From NCBI GenBank assembly GCA_963665815.1, contig OY762463.1, forward strand, positions 234,383 to 298,382: a stretch of DNA of 64,000 bases, given 5' to 3'. Position 1 is the first letter of the stretch, and every line of letters begins with the position of its first letter. The position numbers were made by a program, and so were the translations under genes. Below are positions 29,615 to 38,374 of the stretch, one piece after another. Below the pieces are notes generated by a model. It worked only from the letters and a program-made list of their open reading frames with translations, was not told the DNA's origin and searched no databases. This DNA comes from Candidatus Cloacimonadales bacterium (GTDB lineage: Bacteria; Cloacimonadota; Cloacimonadia; Cloacimonadales; JAIOQZ01).

Positions 29615-30811
29615 ATGCAATTATCAGATCGAGCCATGAATATTCAGGCATCTCCTATCAGAAAACTGATGCCGTTTGCTAACAAAGCAAAAAAGGATGG
29701 TGTACATATATATCACCTTAACATAGGGCAGCCGGATATTCATACTGCACCGGAAATGATGAGCGTTTTCAGAAACTTCGATGAAGTTATTCTGACATAC
29801 GGACCATCTGACGGACTTCCAGAATATAAGACATCACTTGTTGAATACTACAAAATGAATAATATTGCTGTTAAAGAGAAGGATATCATTGTTACAACTG
29901 CCGGATCAGAAGCTATTATTTTTGCTCTTATGGCAGTATGTAATGAAGGTGACGAAGTAATCGTTCCTGAACCGTTTTATGCGAACTATAATGGTTTTGC
30001 AACAATGGCAGGTGTTACAATTGTTCCTTTGACAACACATGCAGAAGATGGATTTGAACTTCCTTCCAGTGAAAAGATAAAAGAGCTGATTACCGAAAGA
30101 ACCAGAGCTATAATCATCTGTAATCCTGGAAACCCAACCGGAGCTGTTTATACTGAAGAACAATTACTCAGACTTGAAAAAATAGCCAAAGATTACAGTC
30201 TTTATATTATCTCTGATGAAGTTTACAGAGAGTATGTATATGATGGAATGAAGCATAAAAGTGTACTTACACTTTCGGATTTTGATGATCATGCTATTAT
30301 GATAGACAGTATCTCAAAAAGATATAGTGCCTGCGGTGCAAGAATCGGTTGTATTGTCAGCAGAAATGAAAAGCTTATGAGCTGTGTTATGAGATTTGCA
30401 CAAACAAGACTTTGTCCTCCTACACTTGAACAGCTTGCTGCAAATGCCGCTGCTAATCTTGGAGAAGAGTACTTCAAAGAAATTCATGCAGAATGGGATA
30501 AAAGACGTAATATTGTATTCAACGAACTGGATAAAAACGAAGATATTATCTGTGTAAAGCCTAAAGGCGCATTCTATGTAATTGCCAAGCTTCCTATCAA
30601 GGATTCCGATCACTTTGCACAATGGCTTCTCGAAGAATACAGACATGAAAACGAAACTGTAATGGTAGCTCCTTGTGCAGGTTTCTATGCAACTCCGGGA
30701 CTTGGAAAAGATGAAATTCGTATCGCTTATGCACTTAACGAACATGACCTGAGAAAAGGAATGCATATCTTTACGAGTGCTCTCGCAGAATACAGAAAGC
30801 ATTTTGAATAG
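29615..30811 (+). CDS. class I/II PLP-dependent aminotransferase (aspartate aminotransferase-like)
   Basis: NPGNPTG, SDEVY and SISKRYSACGARIG motifs. Confidence 0.93.
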   Translation: MQLSDRAMNIQASPIRKLMPFANKAKKDGVHIYHLNIGQPDIHTAPEMMSVFRNFDEVILTYGPSDGLPEYKTSLVEYYKMNNIAVKEKDIIVTTAGSEAIIFALMAVCNEGDEVIVPEPFYANYNGFATMAGVTIVPLTTHAEDGFELPSSEKIKELITERTRAIIICNPGNPTGAVYTEEQLLRLEKIAKDYSLYIISDEVYREYVYDGMKHKSVLTLSDFDDHAIMIDSISKRYSACGARIGCIVSRNEKLMSCVMRFAQTRLCPPTLEQLAANAAANLGEEYFKEIHAEWDKRRNIVFNELDKNEDIICVKPKGAFYVIAKLPIKDSDHFAQWLLEEYRHENETVMVAPCAGFYATPGLGKDEIRIAYALNEHDLRKGMHIFTSALAEYRKHFE

Positions 30812-30822
30812 AACTTAGATAT

Positions 30823-30848
30823 AAGCCCTGCTTTGCGGGGCTTTTTTT
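30823..30848 (+). terminator. Rho-independent terminator
   Basis: AGCCCTGC-TTT-GCGGGGCT stem-loop followed by a T-run. Confidence 0.88.
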
Positions 30849-30859
30849 GAGGGATAACT

Positions 30860-31834
30860 ATGAATATGAGGTGGACTGCCGGCCTGTTACTGGTTGTGCT
30901 TTTGTTAGGTTGTTCGTATAAAAATACTGACACTATATCGCTTACTCCTGTTGACTCCATTGAATACGGCGAGCAGTCTCAATTTGCATTATCATACATT
31001 ATGGATATGGATATTGCAGACAACAAACTGTATATAGCTGATTTCGAGTTAATGACCTGTCACTCTTTCAACACTGATGATCTCAGCTATATATCGACCA
31101 TCGGATCTTTGGGGAAAGGTCCCGGAGAGCTTCTGATGCCATGCGATATAGCGGTGATGAAAGATAGAATACTGATTGAAGAATATGGAAACAACAGGAT
31201 TCAGGAATTCTATATAAGCGGAAATAGTATGTCGGTATACAGGGATTTTTCTCCAACATTAGTTACTAACAGTATGCAGGTTTATGAAGAAGAGGTTTAC
31301 TTTCGGCAAAAGGTATTTAATAAAGAGGACAACTGGCTATTCCGTTATGCAAACGGAAATGCTGTGCCGGTCTCAGACCTAAGCAGTCTTTCCGATGAAC
31401 TTATTGAGAAATACAAGTCCAGAGGTAGCATCCAGATTGATTACACGATAATAAAGAATACTGCTTACATGAGCTTCTCAAAGTATAATGATTTTTATAA
31501 GGTTAATCTGGATTCAGAAGATAAAGACTTGATTCCAATGCCTGATTTTGCAGTCCCTACCGGATATGTTTCCGTAACTCTCTGTAAAGCTGACGATGAT
31601 TTGCTAATAATGCTCTACAATGACAGCGGTGGGAAGATAACAACTGCAAATGGACAGGAATTCAATGATTTTGCCTGTGATACAATAATCCGCAGCACAA
31701 CTGAAGGGAAATTGCTGGCAACTTATAGGATACCGCGCAGGACATACCTTTCTATGGTTTATGACCAAGGTTATCTTTTTATCTCGGAGCTTGAAGATGC
31801 TGTGGTTTATAAGTTTGGAATAGGGAGAACTTAA
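30860..31834 (+). CDS. lipoprotein, 6-bladed beta-propeller-like
   Basis: Lipobox LLLGC; GSLGKGPGEL motif. Confidence 0.8.
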   Translation: MNMRWTAGLLLVVLLLGCSYKNTDTISLTPVDSIEYGEQSQFALSYIMDMDIADNKLYIADFELMTCHSFNTDDLSYISTIGSLGKGPGELLMPCDIAVMKDRILIEEYGNNRIQEFYISGNSMSVYRDFSPTLVTNSMQVYEEEVYFRQKVFNKEDNWLFRYANGNAVPVSDLSSLSDELIEKYKSRGSIQIDYTIIKNTAYMSFSKYNDFYKVNLDSEDKDLIPMPDFAVPTGYVSVTLCKADDDLLIMLYNDSGGKITTANGQEFNDFACDTIIRSTTEGKLLATYRIPRRTYLSMVYDQGYLFISELEDAVVYKFGIGRT

Positions 31835-31839
31835 TGGAA

Positions 31840-32169
31840 CTACTTCCTCCATTTACCGAAGATATTAAGGTGTCTCAGAGAGAGGGCTAATCCACGCATC
31901 ACTATGAAGCCAAGGATGAAGATAAAAGCGATATACACTAATTTATCATTAAAACTGAATAGTCTTTTGAAAACGCAAATTATGTACGATAGCTGAAGAG
32001 CAACAATGAAAACAATCCCAAGGATAAAAGAAACAGAAACCAGAGTCGATAACTCAGCCTTCTTGTCTTTCATGTAGCCAATTATCATCCTGCAGGCGAG
32101 AAAACCACCACCAATGAAAATAACAGCAAATAGACGATCTCTGATCAAGTCACTCCAGAATGCACACAT
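31840..32169 (-). CDS. small hypothetical membrane protein (3 TM)
   Basis: Three hydrophobic segments; AAGGA upstream on the minus strand. Confidence 0.55.
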   Translation of the reverse strand: MCAFWSDLIRDRLFAVIFIGGGFLACRMIIGYMKDKKAELSTLVSVSFILGIVFIVALQLSYIICVFKRLFSFNDKLVYIAFIFILGFIVMRGLALSLRHLNIFGKWRK

Positions 32170-32319
32170 ACCTCAGTCCTTTTTTGAATTATAAGATTAT
32201 CATAATAGCACATGATTAATTTATAGATGGTTGGTTGTTACTTGTCAAGGGAAATGCATATAATCGTTTTTTTTCCAACAAACATTTGTTTCTAATGTAT
32301 TTTTATAGTTAATAGTAAC

Positions 32320-32645
32320 TTATGTCGCAGATTTTCCCGACTTTATCGGGACTCAATCAACTTAAATAATTGATATACTATGATATAAAAGCTCCCTGAC
32401 AGCCTGTGTAAAAACGCGAAATATCTTGAAATTTGCAATAATTTATGTCGCGATTTCGACCCCGCTCAATCAGCTTAACTTACTGAAAAAGTATGAGTTG
32501 TAAGCACCCTGATCGGAGTCGAAGGGTATTGGTTTTTGAGTGAATGAAGCGACGAAAATATGTTTTTACACACACTGTGAGCGGAGTCGAAGGGTATTGG
32601 TTTTAACTGATATAATCGACAAAAATTACGTTTTTGCATAGTCTA
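32320..32645. mobile_element. degenerate outer MITE/REP-bearing element, interrupted by a younger related MITE
   Basis: Collinear with the inner element (TTATGTCGC...CTCAATCA...CCCTGA|GCGGAGTCGAAGGGTATTGGTTTT...CGAC.AAAAT...GTTTTTGCATAGTCTA); left end not recognisable. Confidence 0.6.
32400..32577. mobile_element. 178-bp MITE with 16-bp TIRs and 3-bp TGA target-site duplication
   Basis: Left CAGCCTGTGTAAAAAC (32400-32415) vs right GTTTTTACACACACTG (32562-32577), 14/16 match; TGA at 32397-32399 and 32578-32580; internal inverted arms TTCGACCCCGCTCA / TGATCGGAGTCGAA. Confidence 0.8.
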
Positions 32646-32732
32646 CAAGAAGCTTAGACGCTAATCTTCCAGAAAATCCTTCCAGGGCTTCAGGACTTCT
32701 TAACGGGAATATTTTCCATACAGAGAAAGCCA

Positions 32733-32806
32733 GCTCCGTAGGCGTGATACTGTTTTCAGTATTTAGAGCAGACTACAAGATTTATGCTCCATGAGGAGCG
32801 ATCTGT
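32733..32806. repeat. two degenerate REP-like direct repeats (GCTCC-N-GGAGCGAT-CTGT type)
   Basis: GCTCCGTAGGCGTGATACTGT (32733) and GCTCCATGAGGAGCGATCTGT (32786), 53 bp apart. Confidence 0.5.
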
Positions 32807-32879
32807 GAATCCAAGAAGCGATTGATTACCGTCGCTGCTTTGGCATCCCAAAGAAAAATAATCCTCCCGAATTTTAACC

Positions 32880-32907
32880 TTGACAATTCCTGCGACCATC
32901 ATATTTA
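32880..32907 (+). promoter_or_regulatory. candidate sigma70 promoter of the pyr operon
   Basis: Perfect TTGACA at 32880-32885 with a weak AT-rich -10 (TATTTA) 16 bp downstream, about 100 nt before the PyrR site. Confidence 0.5.
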
Positions 32908-32980
32908 AGTATCAAATTAAGTCTAAAAATCTTATTCGGCAACAGTACAGTTACTTAGCCGAATCAATAAAAAATAACAG

Positions 32981-33011
32981 TCCTTTAAATTGTCCAGAGA
33001 GGCAAAAAGGA
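32981..33011 (+). promoter_or_regulatory. PyrR-binding RNA hairpin
   Basis: UCCUUUAAA-UUGUCCAGAGAGGCAA-AAAGGA matches the CUUUAA and ARUCCNGNGAGGYU consensus with a compensatory U-A pair; lies upstream of an operon that contains pyrR. Confidence 0.9.
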
Positions 33012-33017
33012 GGTGGA

Positions 33018-33041
33018 ATGCCACAGACAAAATACTATTGA
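33018..33041 (+). CDS. putative leader peptide MPQTKYY
   Basis: Near-perfect SD AAGGAGGTG (33007-33015) followed by ATG CCA CAG ACA AAA TAC TAT TGA. Confidence 0.55.
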   Translation: MPQTKYY

Positions 33042-33149
33042 GTAGAAACTCTTCTTAATCCAATTATGCAATTCATTTATTTAATATCTGTTTCATAATT
33101 CGGATATACCTTGCAAATCCCAAAATATTTCAAAAGAAAAGGAGAAAAA

Positions 33150-34088
33150 ATGCCAACTAAACATAATTTTCTGGGTCGCAGCATGTTCGATCTGGATACA
33201 TATAATGCCGATGAAATCTACTCAATCATGGAAGCATCCAAAGTGATGAAATCTATCAACTTAAGAGACTACAAAAAACTGCCTACACTCAAAGGTAAAA
33301 CAGTATGTACGCTCTTCTTCGAAAACTCAACAAGAACCCTGATGTCATTCGAACTTGCTGCAAACCGTCTCAGTGCAGACGTTGTCAGCTTCTCTGCAAA
33401 AACATCTTCATTGTCAAAAGGTGAATCACTTCAGGATACCATATATACACTCAACGCAATGGGTATCGACCTTTACATAATCCGCCACAGCTACCCGGGT
33501 TCACCACAACTTGTAAACAAGTACTCCGGTAAACCAATTCTTAATGGTGGTGACGGACGTCATGCTCACCCTACTCAGGCTCTGCTGGATATCTTCTCAA
33601 TCTGGGAAAAACGCGGACCGCTCAAAGGTATGAAAGTAACAATAGTCGGCGACATTGCTCACAGCCGTGTTGTACGTTCTAACCTTATCGGAATGAAAAC
33701 ACTCGGTGCGGAAGTAACCGTCTGCGGACCAAGAACACTCGTTCCGGGATTCCTCCCTGAAATTTACGGTTGTAAAGTTGAATACGATCTTAAAACTGCT
33801 CTCAAAGATGCAGATGTTGTAATGGGACTCAGAATGCAGATGGAAAGACAGGCTGACGGTCTGTTCCCAAGTCTGGAAGAATACACTAAAAACTATATCC
33901 TCTCCAAAGAATCAGTAAAATGGGCAAAAAAAGACGCTCTTATCATGCACCCGGGACCAATGAATCGCGGTATTGAGATTCTTCCGGAAATCGCAGACAG
34001 CTCTAACTCGGTTATTATTGAACAGGTTGCAAACGGTGTTGCCGTACGTATGGCTCTGCTGTTCTTAATGCTCGGTGGAAAGTTATAA
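33150..34088 (+). CDS. pyrB: aspartate carbamoyltransferase catalytic subunit
   Basis: FFENSTRT, HPTQALLD and MHPGPMNRG motifs; ATG 33150 after AAGGAG. Confidence 0.97.
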   Translation: MPTKHNFLGRSMFDLDTYNADEIYSIMEASKVMKSINLRDYKKLPTLKGKTVCTLFFENSTRTLMSFELAANRLSADVVSFSAKTSSLSKGESLQDTIYTLNAMGIDLYIIRHSYPGSPQLVNKYSGKPILNGGDGRHAHPTQALLDIFSIWEKRGPLKGMKVTIVGDIAHSRVVRSNLIGMKTLGAEVTVCGPRTLVPGFLPEIYGCKVEYDLKTALKDADVVMGLRMQMERQADGLFPSLEEYTKNYILSKESVKWAKKDALIMHPGPMNRGIEILPEIADSSNSVIIEQVANGVAVRMALLFLMLGGKL

Positions 34089-34102
34089 TCAGGAGGTGAA
34101 AA

Positions 34103-35371
34103 ATGACTATATTAATTAAAAACGGAAACGTATTCATAGATGGTAAATTTGTAAAAAAAGACATACTCATAGAAAATGACAAAATCAAAGCTGTAGAAGA
34201 CTGCATTGAACAGGAAGCTGAAAAAGTCATCGATGCTGCCGGTAAATTTGTATCTCCGGGTTTCGTTGATCTTCATGCTCACTTGAGAGATCCGGGGCAA
34301 ACCTACAAAGAAGACATTGTAACAGGAACAAAATCAGCGGCTAAAGGTGGATTCACCACAATCTGTGCTATGCCAAACACAGATCCTGTTGTAGACAATA
34401 TTGCAACTGTTGAGTATATCCGCAGAAAAGCTCACGATCTTGGTTCATGTAAAGTTGGAGTTATCGGAGCACTGACAAAGAAATCCGAAGGCAAAGAGAT
34501 TGCAGAAGTTGCTACCATGCTTGAAGGTGGAATTGTGGCTGTAAGCGATGATGGTAAATGTGTTCAGAACGCAAAACTTAAGTTCAACGCCATGAAGTAT
34601 GTATCTGCTTTCAACATACCTGTTATTACTCACCCGGAAGATTACAATCTTGCAGGAAGCGGACAGATCAACGCCGGTAAGATGTCCACAAAACTCGGAC
34701 TTGGCGGAATTCCTGCTCTGGCAGAAGAAATCATGATTTCCCGCGACATTATGTTTGCTGAGAAAACAAAATGTCACCTCCACATTGCGCATATATCCAC
34801 AGCAAAATCAATTCAGATGGTTAGAGATGCAAAAAAGAATGGTGTTAATATTACTGCTGAAGTAACACCTCACCACCTGGTTCTTAACGAAGAAGCAACA
34901 GCGACATTTGACACTAACACCAAGATGAAACCTCCTTTAAGAACAGAGAAAGACAGACTTGCCTGCATCAAAGGTCTTATTGACGGAACAATAGATGCAA
35001 TTGCAACAGATCATGCTCCTCATTCTGACTTTGAAAAAGAAAGAGAATACAACATAGCACCATTCGGTATAGTTGGCTTCGAGCATGCTTTTTCTATTCT
35101 TTATGATAGACTCGTTTCGCAAAACATAATCAGTTTTGAAACACTTATAGATAAAATGGCTGTTTCTCCTGCCAGATTCCTCAAACTTAATTCAGGCGAG
35201 ATCAAAGAAGGAAAAACAGCAGATATCACAATACTTAACACAGAAGCTGAAACACTTCTCACAAAAGACAATATGCTTTCAAAATCATATAACACACCGT
35301 TTATTGATACACCTATGAAAGGTCTGGTGGAAACCACAATCTGTGATGGGAAAATAACATGGCAGGCGTAA
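34103..35371 (+). CDS. pyrC: dihydroorotase
   Basis: DLHAHLRDPG, MPNT, KMKPPLR and ATDHAPH motifs. Confidence 0.96.
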   Translation: MTILIKNGNVFIDGKFVKKDILIENDKIKAVEDCIEQEAEKVIDAAGKFVSPGFVDLHAHLRDPGQTYKEDIVTGTKSAAKGGFTTICAMPNTDPVVDNIATVEYIRRKAHDLGSCKVGVIGALTKKSEGKEIAEVATMLEGGIVAVSDDGKCVQNAKLKFNAMKYVSAFNIPVITHPEDYNLAGSGQINAGKMSTKLGLGGIPALAEEIMISRDIMFAEKTKCHLHIAHISTAKSIQMVRDAKKNGVNITAEVTPHHLVLNEEATATFDTNTKMKPPLRTEKDRLACIKGLIDGTIDAIATDHAPHSDFEKEREYNIAPFGIVGFEHAFSILYDRLVSQNIISFETLIDKMAVSPARFLKLNSGEIKEGKTADITILNTEAETLLTKDNMLSKSYNTPFIDTPMKGLVETTICDGKITWQA

Positions 35372-36114
35372 AGAACGTAATCTGCAAAATTACCGAAAAT
35401 CAGATTCTCAATGACAGTTATTTTATTCTGACAGTCAAGAGAAGCAAAGAATTTGGAGAAATCCTACCGGGGCAGTTCTTCGAGATGAGACTTCCGGACG
35501 ATGAGTATTCTCTGAAAATACCAATCAGTGTTTATGATGCTAATCCTTTTATCATCAGATTTATGATCAAGACAATTGGTGGAGGTACTGATTACCTTTC
35601 TACACTCGAGGAAGGAACTGAACTTGAGATTATGGGACCTCTCGGCAACTCATTCCCAATGGTAGAAGATAAGAATGTTCTGCTTATCAGTGGTGGAATT
35701 GGTTATGCACCACTTTACTATCTTGAGAATGAACTTTCCAAAAACAACAGCGTACAGTGGATACATGGAGGTAGAAGCGAAGAAGACATCTTTGATGCTG
35801 ACATGATTGCTACCGATGACGGATCCATCGGGCACAAAGGTTTTGTAACAGACCTGATCGATGAAGCTCTTAAAGTTGGTAAACCTGATGTTATATACTG
35901 TTGCGGACCTGATATAATGATGAAAAACTGCTACAATCTGCTTAAAGATACAGGTATTCCGTTCTATGTTTCACTCGAAGAATACATGGCGTGCGGAATA
36001 GGGGTCTGTTATGGTTGCGTTGTTAAAATCAAAGAAGGTGACGAAGCTGTGTTCAAAACTGTCTGCAAAGACGGACCGATCTTTGATGCTTCAAAGGTGG
36101 TATGGGATGATTAA
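35359..36114 (+). CDS. pyrK: dihydroorotate dehydrogenase electron transfer subunit
   Basis: GPLGN, GGIGYAP, CGP and MACGIGVCYGC...CKDGP motifs. Confidence 0.95.
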   Translation: MAGVKNVICKITENQILNDSYFILTVKRSKEFGEILPGQFFEMRLPDDEYSLKIPISVYDANPFIIRFMIKTIGGGTDYLSTLEEGTELEIMGPLGNSFPMVEDKNVLLISGGIGYAPLYYLENELSKNNSVQWIHGGRSEEDIFDADMIATDDGSIGHKGFVTDLIDEALKVGKPDVIYCCGPDIMMKNCYNLLKDTGIPFYVSLEEYMACGIGVCYGCVVKIKEGDEAVFKTVCKDGPIFDASKVVWDD

Positions 36115-37012
36115 AACAAAACTTGGTAAACTCCATCTTGATAATCCTGTAACTGTTGCCTCCGGAACATTTGGAAAGGAATTTGGTGATCTTATAGATC
36201 TGAACAGACTTGGTGCTATTGTCACCAAGACCATTACAATGGAACCTAAAGCCGGAAATCCTACTCCAAGGCTGTATGAAACAGAAGCGGGACTGCTGAA
36301 CTCAATAGGACTTCAGAATCCGGGATTGAAAAGCTTTATGCAGGATGTACTTCCTGAGTACGAAAAAATAGATTCTCCTTTACTTGTCAGTTTTTCAGGA
36401 TCAACCACAGATGAATTCTGTAAAATGGTGGAGGAAATGGAATCTTCAGATGTAATTAAGGGCTATGAAGTTAATGTATCCTGTCCTAATGTGGAAAACG
36501 AAGGAATAGCTTTCGGGACAGATCCGGAAGTTGTAAATAAACTTACAAAAGCACTTTCAGAAAGAACAGACAAAGAACTTATAATAAAACTTACTCCAAA
36601 TGTCACAAATATCATGGAAATTGCCAAAGCAGCAGAGGAAGGTGGGGCAGATAGTCTTGCACTGATTAACACACTTCTCGGTATGGCAATAGACTGGGAA
36701 ACGGGTAAAACCAGAATTGCCAGAGGTATTTCCGGATATTCAGGTATTGCAATCAAACCTGTTGCCCTTCAGAATGTATACAGAGTTCATAAAGCTGTGA
36801 ATATACCTATTCTCGCTATGGGGGGAATATTCAACTGGCAGGATGCAATGGAATTTTTCTATGCCGGAGCAAGTGCAATTGCAGTAGGAACAGCGAACTT
36901 TGTTAACCCGGAAGCCACAATATCAATAATAGACTCACTGACAAGATACTTTGACAAAAATGATATAATACTGGAAAATGTCATTGGAAAAGTATCAGGA
37001 ATAAGAAGTTAA
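36107..37012 (+). CDS. pyrD: dihydroorotate dehydrogenase class 1B catalytic subunit
   Basis: ASGTFG, NSIGLQNPG, catalytic NVSCPN, KLTPNV and LINT motifs. Confidence 0.96.
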   Translation: MIKTKLGKLHLDNPVTVASGTFGKEFGDLIDLNRLGAIVTKTITMEPKAGNPTPRLYETEAGLLNSIGLQNPGLKSFMQDVLPEYEKIDSPLLVSFSGSTTDEFCKMVEEMESSDVIKGYEVNVSCPNVENEGIAFGTDPEVVNKLTKALSERTDKELIIKLTPNVTNIMEIAKAAEEGGADSLALINTLLGMAIDWETGKTRIARGISGYSGIAIKPVALQNVYRVHKAVNIPILAMGGIFNWQDAMEFFYAGASAIAVGTANFVNPEATISIIDSLTRYFDKNDIILENVIGKVSGIRS

Positions 37013-37031
37013 CATTTAACCGGAGATTTAC

Positions 37032-37580
37032 ATGGAAGAAAAAAAATATATAATGGATCAGGAATCAATCAACAGGGCACTTAAAAGAATGGCTCATGAA
37101 CTTCTCGAACAGAACAGAAATCACGAAAATCTTTATCTGGTAGGAATCCGTTCTCGCGGCGTACCTATGGCAAACAGAATTGCTTCTTATTTAAGCCAGA
37201 TTGAAAACATAGACATCCCTGTCGGTGTACTCGACATTACTTTGTACCGAGATGATCTTTCAACCATATCACACCAGCCTGTAATTAAAGGATCAGACAT
37301 CGGTTTTGATATCGAAGGCAAAAATATTGTACTGGTTGATGACGTACTATATACAGGAAGAACAGTAAGAGCTGCCTTTGATGCAATTCTTGACTTTGGA
37401 CGCCCACAGAAGATTCAACTTTGTGTACTTGTAGACAGAGGTCACAGAGAGCTTCCGATTAAAGCTAATTATGTTGGAAAAAACATTCCTACATCAGCAG
37501 AAGAAATAATCAAAGTGTGTTTTGATGAAACTGATGGAGAAGATTCAGTAAGAATCATGGTCAAAAAGCAAAAGGACTAA
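37032..37580 (+). CDS. pyrR: bifunctional pyr operon regulator / UPRTase PyrR
   Basis: [24 protein letters not shown] and DRGHRELPI motifs. Confidence 0.96.
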   Translation: MEEKKYIMDQESINRALKRMAHELLEQNRNHENLYLVGIRSRGVPMANRIASYLSQIENIDIPVGVLDITLYRDDLSTISHQPVIKGSDIGFDIEGKNIVLVDDVLYTGRTVRAAFDAILDFGRPQKIQLCVLVDRGHRELPIKANYVGKNIPTSAEEIIKVCFDETDGEDSVRIMVKKQKD

Positions 37581-37585
37581 TATTT

Positions 37586-38374
37586 ATGACATTTTTCGAA
37601 AAATATAATAAATCACGTGTAAAAAATGCTTCTTATGTATGTGTCGGACTGGATTCCGATATTACTAAGCTACCTGAAGCTGTGAAGAACGAGAAAAACC
37701 CTATATTGACATTCAACAAAGCTATAATTGATGCAACTAAAGACTTTGTTGTATCCTATAAACCTAACCTTGCATTTTACCTTTCAGCAGGAAAAATGGG
37801 ACTTGATGCGTTATTTGAAACTTTTGCATATATTCCATCAGATATTCCTGTGATTCTTGATGCTAAATTCGGAGACATCGGCAACACAATGTTCCAATAC
37901 GGTAAATTCGCATTTGAACAGGTAAAAGCCGATGCCCTGACAGTCAATCCGCTTATGGGAGAAGATGTTGACAAGTCCATAGAAAGCTTTGAAGGAAAAA
38001 TGAAATTCCTCCTCTGTCTCACATCAAATCCGGGAGCAAAAGACTATCTTATGCCTAATGAGCTGTATACTAAAATCGCTGCTGCTATTGGTGGAAAGAA
38101 AGATCTTGGAGCTGTTGTCGGTGGAACAAACTCTGAACAGCTGGAAAAAGTAAGATCTCTCATGCCTGAAACGATATTCCTTATTCCTGGGATAGGTGCC
38201 CAGGGTGGTAATCTTGAACTTGTATGCCAGAAAGCTGCTGCATCAAAAGATGATGCGAGATTTGTTATTAACTCTTCACGAGGAATAATCTTTGCAGATT
38301 CATCTGTAGACTTTGCAGAAACTGCAGCAAAGAAAGCGGATGAGCTTCGTAAAGCTATAAATGAAAATCTGTAG
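37586..38374 (+). CDS. pyrF: orotidine-5'-phosphate decarboxylase (type 2)
   Basis: CVGLD, KPNLAFY, DAKFGDIGNT, PGIGAQGG and NSSRGII motifs. Confidence 0.96.
   Translation: MTFFEKYNKSRVKNASYVCVGLDSDITKLPEAVKNEKNPILTFNKAIIDATKDFVVSYKPNLAFYLSAGKMGLDALFETFAYIPSDIPVILDAKFGDIGNTMFQYGKFAFEQVKADALTVNPLMGEDVDKSIESFEGKMKFLLCLTSNPGAKDYLMPNELYTKIAAAIGGKKDLGAVVGGTNSEQLEKVRSLMPETIFLIPGIGAQGGNLELVCQKAAASKDDARFVINSSRGIIFADSSVDFAETAAKKADELRKAINENL

Noticed and set aside
32514-32604. 23-bp exact direct repeat with a 45-bp spacer resembling a mini-CRISPR
   Set aside because: Only two copies, no cas genes, and fully explained by the nested MITE structure
32934-32964. ATTCGGC/GCCGAAT hairpin in the pyr leader as a possible terminator
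   Set aside because: It has a large loop, no U-tract on the + strand, and lies upstream of the PyrR site, so it cannot be the attenuator
33111-33149. Longer TTG start for pyrB given in the ORF track
   Set aside because: ATG 33150 has a proper AAGGAG SD and gives a typical PyrB length; track starts at 3501, 12385, 15069, 20908, 36011, 45398 and 58876 were shortened for similar reasons
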